DNA of 41,746 nt from Candidatus Ruthturnera sp. (lineage in GTDB: Bacteria; Pseudomonadota; Gammaproteobacteria; PS1; Pseudothioglobaceae): assembly GCA_018648985.1 (NCBI GenBank), contig JABGOT010000145.1, forward strand, positions 1 to 41,746, written 5' to 3'. Positions 38,208 to 41,746 of the stretch are shown one piece after another. A model generated the notes under the pieces. The model was not told the origin of the DNA, searched no databases, and was given only the letters and a program-made list of their open reading frames with translations. Within the stretch, counting starts at the first letter, position 1; every line of letters begins with the position of its first letter. A program made the translations under genes and the position numbers.

Positions 38208-38984
38208 TTATTGACTCAAAATTTGATCTAAAAATAGTTTTAAGCGGTCAGACTCTGGGTTTTTAAAGAAGGATTCTGGTTCATTCTCTTCAATGATCTG
38301 CCCTTCGTCCATAAAGATAATGCGGTCTGCCACCTTTTTAGCAAAGCCCATTTCATGGGTTACACAAATCATGGTTATACCCTCTTTAGCCAACTCCACC
38401 ATAACATCTAATACTTCTGAGATCATCTCTGGATCAAGCGCTGAGGTTGGTTCATCAAATAGCATAATCTTAGGCGAGGTACATAAAGCCCTAGCGATAG
38501 CCACACGTTGTTGTTGGCCACCACTTAGTTGATTTGGATACTTTTCAGCTTGGTCCTTAATGCCCACTCTATCCAGCAACTGCAAGGCTTTATCTCTTGC
38601 ATTTTGCTTGGTTTCGTTATGCACCCAAATAGGCGCTAAAGTCAAGTTGTCAATAATACTCAGGTGTGGAAAAAGGTTAAAGTGTTGAAACACCATAGAA
38701 ACCTCAGAGCGTACCTGTCTGATCTTTTTAACATCATCAGTAAGCTCTGTACCATCTACAACAATACTACCCTCTTGAAACTTTTCTAAGAAATTAACAC
38801 AGCGTATTAAGGTTGACTTACCACTGCCTGAAGGCCCACAAACCACGATGATCTCACCCTCTTTAACTTTAAGATCAATGTCTTTAAGTGCATGGAAGTC
38901 GCCATACCACTTGTTAAGAGCGCTAATCTCGATAATATCACAGCAACCTTTCTCACCAACTTCTTTGTTTATTAAATCACTCAT
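38208..38984 (-). CDS. aapP: polar/general amino-acid ABC transporter ATP-binding protein
   Basis: Walker [10 protein letters not shown], signature LSGGQQQR, Walker [13 protein letters not shown]-loop VTHEM. Confidence 0.92.
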   Translation of the reverse strand: MSDLINKEVGEKGCCDIIEISALNKWYGDFHALKDIDLKVKEGEIIVVCGPSGSGKSTLIRCVNFLEKFQEGSIVVDGTELTDDVKKIRQVRSEVSMVFQHFNLFPHLSIIDNLTLAPIWVHNETKQNARDKALQLLDRVGIKDQAEKYPNQLSGGQQQRVAIARALCTSPKIMLFDEPTSALDPEMISEVLDVMVELAKEGITMICVTHEMGFAKKVADRIIFMDEGQIIEENEPESFFKNPESDRLKLFLDQILSQ

Positions 38985-38992
38985 TGTCCTAC

Positions 38993-40090
38993 CTATTTAT
39001 GTTCAGTACTAAAACGTGCTTCTAATTTTTTTGAATATCGACTCATTGAATACAAGATTACCCAAATTACCATGGCGACAAACACATAGCCTTCGGTATC
39101 TCTGCCTAACCAACTAGAGTTACTGGTGGCTGCCCCTACAATTGCCAACATGTCGAATAGCCCAATAATTAACACCAGGGTTGTGTCTTTAAATAAAGCG
39201 ATAAACGAGCCAACAATGTTTGGAATAGAAACCTTTAGGGCTTGTGGCAAAATAACCAACACTGTTTTTTTCATAAAACTAAGTCCTGCGGCGTCTGCAG
39301 CCTCATATTGCCCTTTAGGAATGGCTTGTAAGCCGCCACGAATTACCTCTGCAATGTAAGCAGTTTGGAATAAGGTGATACCAATTAAGGCCCTAAGTAG
39401 CTTGTCAAAGTCCATTCCTGCAGAGAAAAACAACGGCAGCACAACAGATGCCATAAACAAAATAGTAATCAATGGTACGCCACGCACAAACTCAATGTAG
39501 ACCACTGAAATAAACCTTACAACTCGCATTTTGGATTGTCGACCTAATGCAAATAAGATGCCCAATGGGAAAGAGGCGACAATACCAATGGCGGCCACCA
39601 CAACAGTTAGGGTAAGGCCACCCCACTTGTCAGTCCCAACAACTTCTAAGCCTAGTCCCCCATGTAACAAAATAAAGGCAACAACAGGGTAAATTAAAAA
39701 ACACCCGATAATATAATGCGCTCTGTATTGTGACTTTTTAATCAATGATCCGAATACAGCAAGCGCCACAATAATGCCAAACATTGTATTGACACGCCAT
39801 AGCTCTTCTTGTGGATAAAATCCATAAATAAACATCTTAAGGTTAGAGTCAATAAAAGCCCAGCACGCACCTTCTCGGCCACAAGAATCATTGTCTGCAG
39901 TTAAATCAAAATTAGCATCAAAGATCATCCAGTCTAAAATCGGTGGCAATATCAAATAAATCAAATACAAAGCTATAAAAGTCAATGCAGCGTTAGACAA
40001 AGATGAAAACAAGTTATCTTTCAGCCATGAGAGCACCTTAATTTGCGATTGTGGCGACTCTCTTGTTTCTTTTAACGGATAGATTGGCAT
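38993..40090 (-). CDS. aapM: amino-acid ABC transporter permease (AapM-like)
   Basis: 365 aa, multi-TM. EAA loop [24 protein letters not shown]. Confidence 0.88.
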   Translation of the reverse strand: MPIYPLKETRESPQSQIKVLSWLKDNLFSSLSNAALTFIALYLIYLILPPILDWMIFDANFDLTADNDSCGREGACWAFIDSNLKMFIYGFYPQEELWRVNTMFGIIVALAVFGSLIKKSQYRAHYIIGCFLIYPVVAFILLHGGLGLEVVGTDKWGGLTLTVVVAAIGIVASFPLGILFALGRQSKMRVVRFISVVYIEFVRGVPLITILFMASVVLPLFFSAGMDFDKLLRALIGITLFQTAYIAEVIRGGLQAIPKGQYEAADAAGLSFMKKTVLVILPQALKVSIPNIVGSFIALFKDTTLVLIIGLFDMLAIVGAATSNSSWLGRDTEGYVFVAMVIWVILYSMSRYSKKLEARFSTEHK

Positions 40091-40095
40091 AATGA

Positions 40096-41259
40096 TTAAT
40101 TACCTTTAATTTGCATTTTTTTGTTAAAGGTATTTAAAATTAACGATATAACCAATGATATCGTTAAATACACCAACATTGTCAAGGTGATAATTTCAAT
40201 CGCTTGACCGATTACATTCAAAACCGTGCCTGAAAATATAGTCACTAACTCTGTATAACCAACCGCTGCTGCCAAAGAAGAGTTCTTAGTCAAGTTTAAA
40301 TATTGGTTAATGATCGGTGGTATTGCCACTCTGAATGCTTGAGGTAGTATTACTAGGCGCATTGCCCAGCTGTCTTTTAACCCTAATGCTGCTGCCGCTT
40401 CTTTTTGACCTTTGTCTACAGACTCAACACCTGAGCGAATAGCTTCAGCAATATAAGTAGCTGTGTAAATACTTAAAGAAAAAGCCAAAGCAAAAAACTC
40501 AATAGATAGATCGACACCACCTTTGAAATTAAAGCCCTTTAACGCCGGATATTCCAATTGCGCACCAAAAACAAAATAAGCCACTATTGGCAATAGCAGT
40601 ACAAGCCCTAGAAAGTGCGGAATAGTATTGGTCTTAATTCCTGTTTCATCGTGCTTTTTATTACTGCGTTTTTTAATAAAAATATAGCTAACAATACCGA
40701 TAACAAAGCTTGCAAGAACGATATATAACTCAAAACCCATGATGGGCTTGGGTAAATATAACCCTCTTGAATTAAGAAAAATAGTATCAAAGAAATTAAT
40801 GCTATTTCTAGCAGAAGGAAGCGCATTAAGTGCTATTGAATACCAAAATAGAATTTGTAACAATATTGGTATATTTCTAAAAATTTCAATATAGATGGTG
40901 GCTATTTTTTTAATTAGGTAGTTACTAGATAAGCGAGCAATACCAACAATAAGACCGATGATTGAGGCCAAAAATATACCTGTTATTGCAACCATTAAGG
41001 TGTTAACAATACCCACATAAAAGGCTTGAAGATTGGTTGATGCTGGGGAATATTCTAAAAAGAAATTATCATTAACAGCAAAACCCGCTTCGTCATTTAA
41101 AAAACCAAAACCACTTCTAATGCCTCTTTGCTCAATATTAAGCATTAGGTTGTCAAACGCTTGATAAGCAAAATAAGCAATAACAGCAACAGCTAGCACC
41201 TGAAATAGGATTGCCCTAACTTCGTTGTTATATAGTAGTGATTTTAGTTTTGTAAACAT
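40096..41259 (-). CDS. aapQ: amino-acid ABC transporter permease (AapQ-like)
   Basis: 387 aa, multi-TM. EAA loop AEAIRSGVESVDKGQKEAAAALGL. Confidence 0.88.
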   Translation of the reverse strand: MFTKLKSLLYNNEVRAILFQVLAVAVIAYFAYQAFDNLMLNIEQRGIRSGFGFLNDEAGFAVNDNFFLEYSPASTNLQAFYVGIVNTLMVAITGIFLASIIGLIVGIARLSSNYLIKKIATIYIEIFRNIPILLQILFWYSIALNALPSARNSINFFDTIFLNSRGLYLPKPIMGFELYIVLASFVIGIVSYIFIKKRSNKKHDETGIKTNTIPHFLGLVLLLPIVAYFVFGAQLEYPALKGFNFKGGVDLSIEFFALAFSLSIYTATYIAEAIRSGVESVDKGQKEAAAALGLKDSWAMRLVILPQAFRVAIPPIINQYLNLTKNSSLAAAVGYTELVTIFSGTVLNVIGQAIEIITLTMLVYLTISLVISLILNTFNKKMQIKGN

Positions 41260-41271
41260 AAGAAATCTTGA

Positions 41272-41305
41272 TAAAAAAATGGCTAACTCAAGAGTTAGCC
41301 ATTTT
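41272..41305 (-). terminator. intrinsic terminator/attenuator hairpin between aapJ and aapQ
   Basis: The minus strand reads AAAATGGCTAACTCTTGAGTTAGCCATTTTTTTAT: an 11-bp stem (41279-41289 / 41292-41302) followed by a U-run. Confidence 0.65.
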
Positions 41306-41321
41306 ATATTTTATTTAGATC

Positions 41322-41746
41322 TTATCTAAACGCTGGAGCGTACAAGATGCCACCTTTAATCCACAACTGGTTTACACCACGTGGAAGCTGGATCGGTGTT
41401 GACATACCAATGTTTCTCTCGAAACTTTCGCCATAGTTGCCCACTTGCGCAATAATGTTACGAGACCAATCTTTATCAAGACCTAAGCTTTCGTTAAGCT
41501 TACCAGATTTACCTTGTAATCTCTGTACACCAGGACTAGTAGAAGCGTCATCAATCGTAGCTGAAGTAATACCTAACTCTTCTGCTTCAATCATCGCGTT
41601 AAGTGACCATCTAACAATATTAAGCCAAGTGTTGTCGTCTTTACGCACAACTGGACCTAAAGGCTCTTTAGAGATAACGTCACCCAAAACTACAGCAGAA
41701 CTAGGATCTTTAAGTGTTGATCTAAGACCAGCAAGCTGAGATACGT
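41322..41746 (-). CDS. aapJ: amino-acid ABC transporter periplasmic substrate-binding protein, C-terminal part (N-terminus beyond window end)
   Basis: The reading frame stays open from 41687 to the window edge (my translation ...VSQLAGLRSTLKDPSSAVVLGDVISKEPLGPVVRKDD...). Upstream of aapQMP. Confidence 0.8.
   Translation of the reverse strand, partial: VSQLAGLRSTLKDPSSAVVLGDVISKEPLGPVVRKDDNTWLNIVRWSLNAMIEAEELGITSATIDDASTSPGVQRLQGKSGKLNESLGLDKDWSRNIIAQVGNYGESFERNIGMSTPIQLPRGVNQLWIKGGILYAPAFR

Noticed and set aside
1-41746. Search for CRISPR arrays, IS elements, integrases, tRNA/rRNA genes and prophage or defence islands
   Set aside because: I could not find any spaced direct-repeat array, transposase or integrase-like ORF, or cloverleaf-compatible sequence in the few spacers over 60 bp (9144-9360, 33504-33759, 35322-35397, 37386-37647, 38104-38207). 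Manual scanning cannot exclude short sRNAs.

Overview
Low-GC (by eye high-30s %), very tightly packed chromosomal segment with Gammaproteobacteria-type gene order: rseP-bamA-skp-lpxD, pdxA-rsmA-apaG-apaH, ybeD-lipB-lipA and nrdA-nrdB-yfaE. I can support 44 protein-coding genes, two intrinsic-terminator hairpins, one promoter with tandem NrdR boxes and one small in-frame repeat. I found no rRNA, tRNA, CRISPR array, transposase, integrase or phage genes. Most of the window is housekeeping: envelope biogenesis, dapF, lipoate synthesis, 5-oxoprolinase pxpABC, class Ia ribonucleotide reductase, hemH, and an AapJQMP-type amino-acid ABC importer. Five parts are not ordinary. (1) 16004-18714 is a translationally coupled three-gene unit of unknown function: an AAA+ (MoxR/AAA_5-like) ATPase, a fusion of an HExxH metallopeptidase-like domain, an acidic linker and a VWA domain, and a single-domain rhodanese. 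(2) 21033-29740 is a gap-free ten-gene co-directional array. An all-alpha dUTPase/MazG-like gene leads a complete MoxR-DUF58-BatA-BatB-BatC-BatD module, which runs by overlapping reading frames into selD-selU. (3) 9361-14023 is an RND pump and adaptor pair with no outer-membrane factor or regulator. It has a His4 N-terminus, a Met-rich adaptor loop and a Lys/Glu-rich C-terminal tail. (4) A ferredoxin-FNR fusion with degenerate flavin and NAD motifs sits just upstream of the RNR operon. (5) An orphan basic protein lies between AT-rich spacers at 37386-38207. All family assignments come from motif recognition in the supplied translations; no database search was run.
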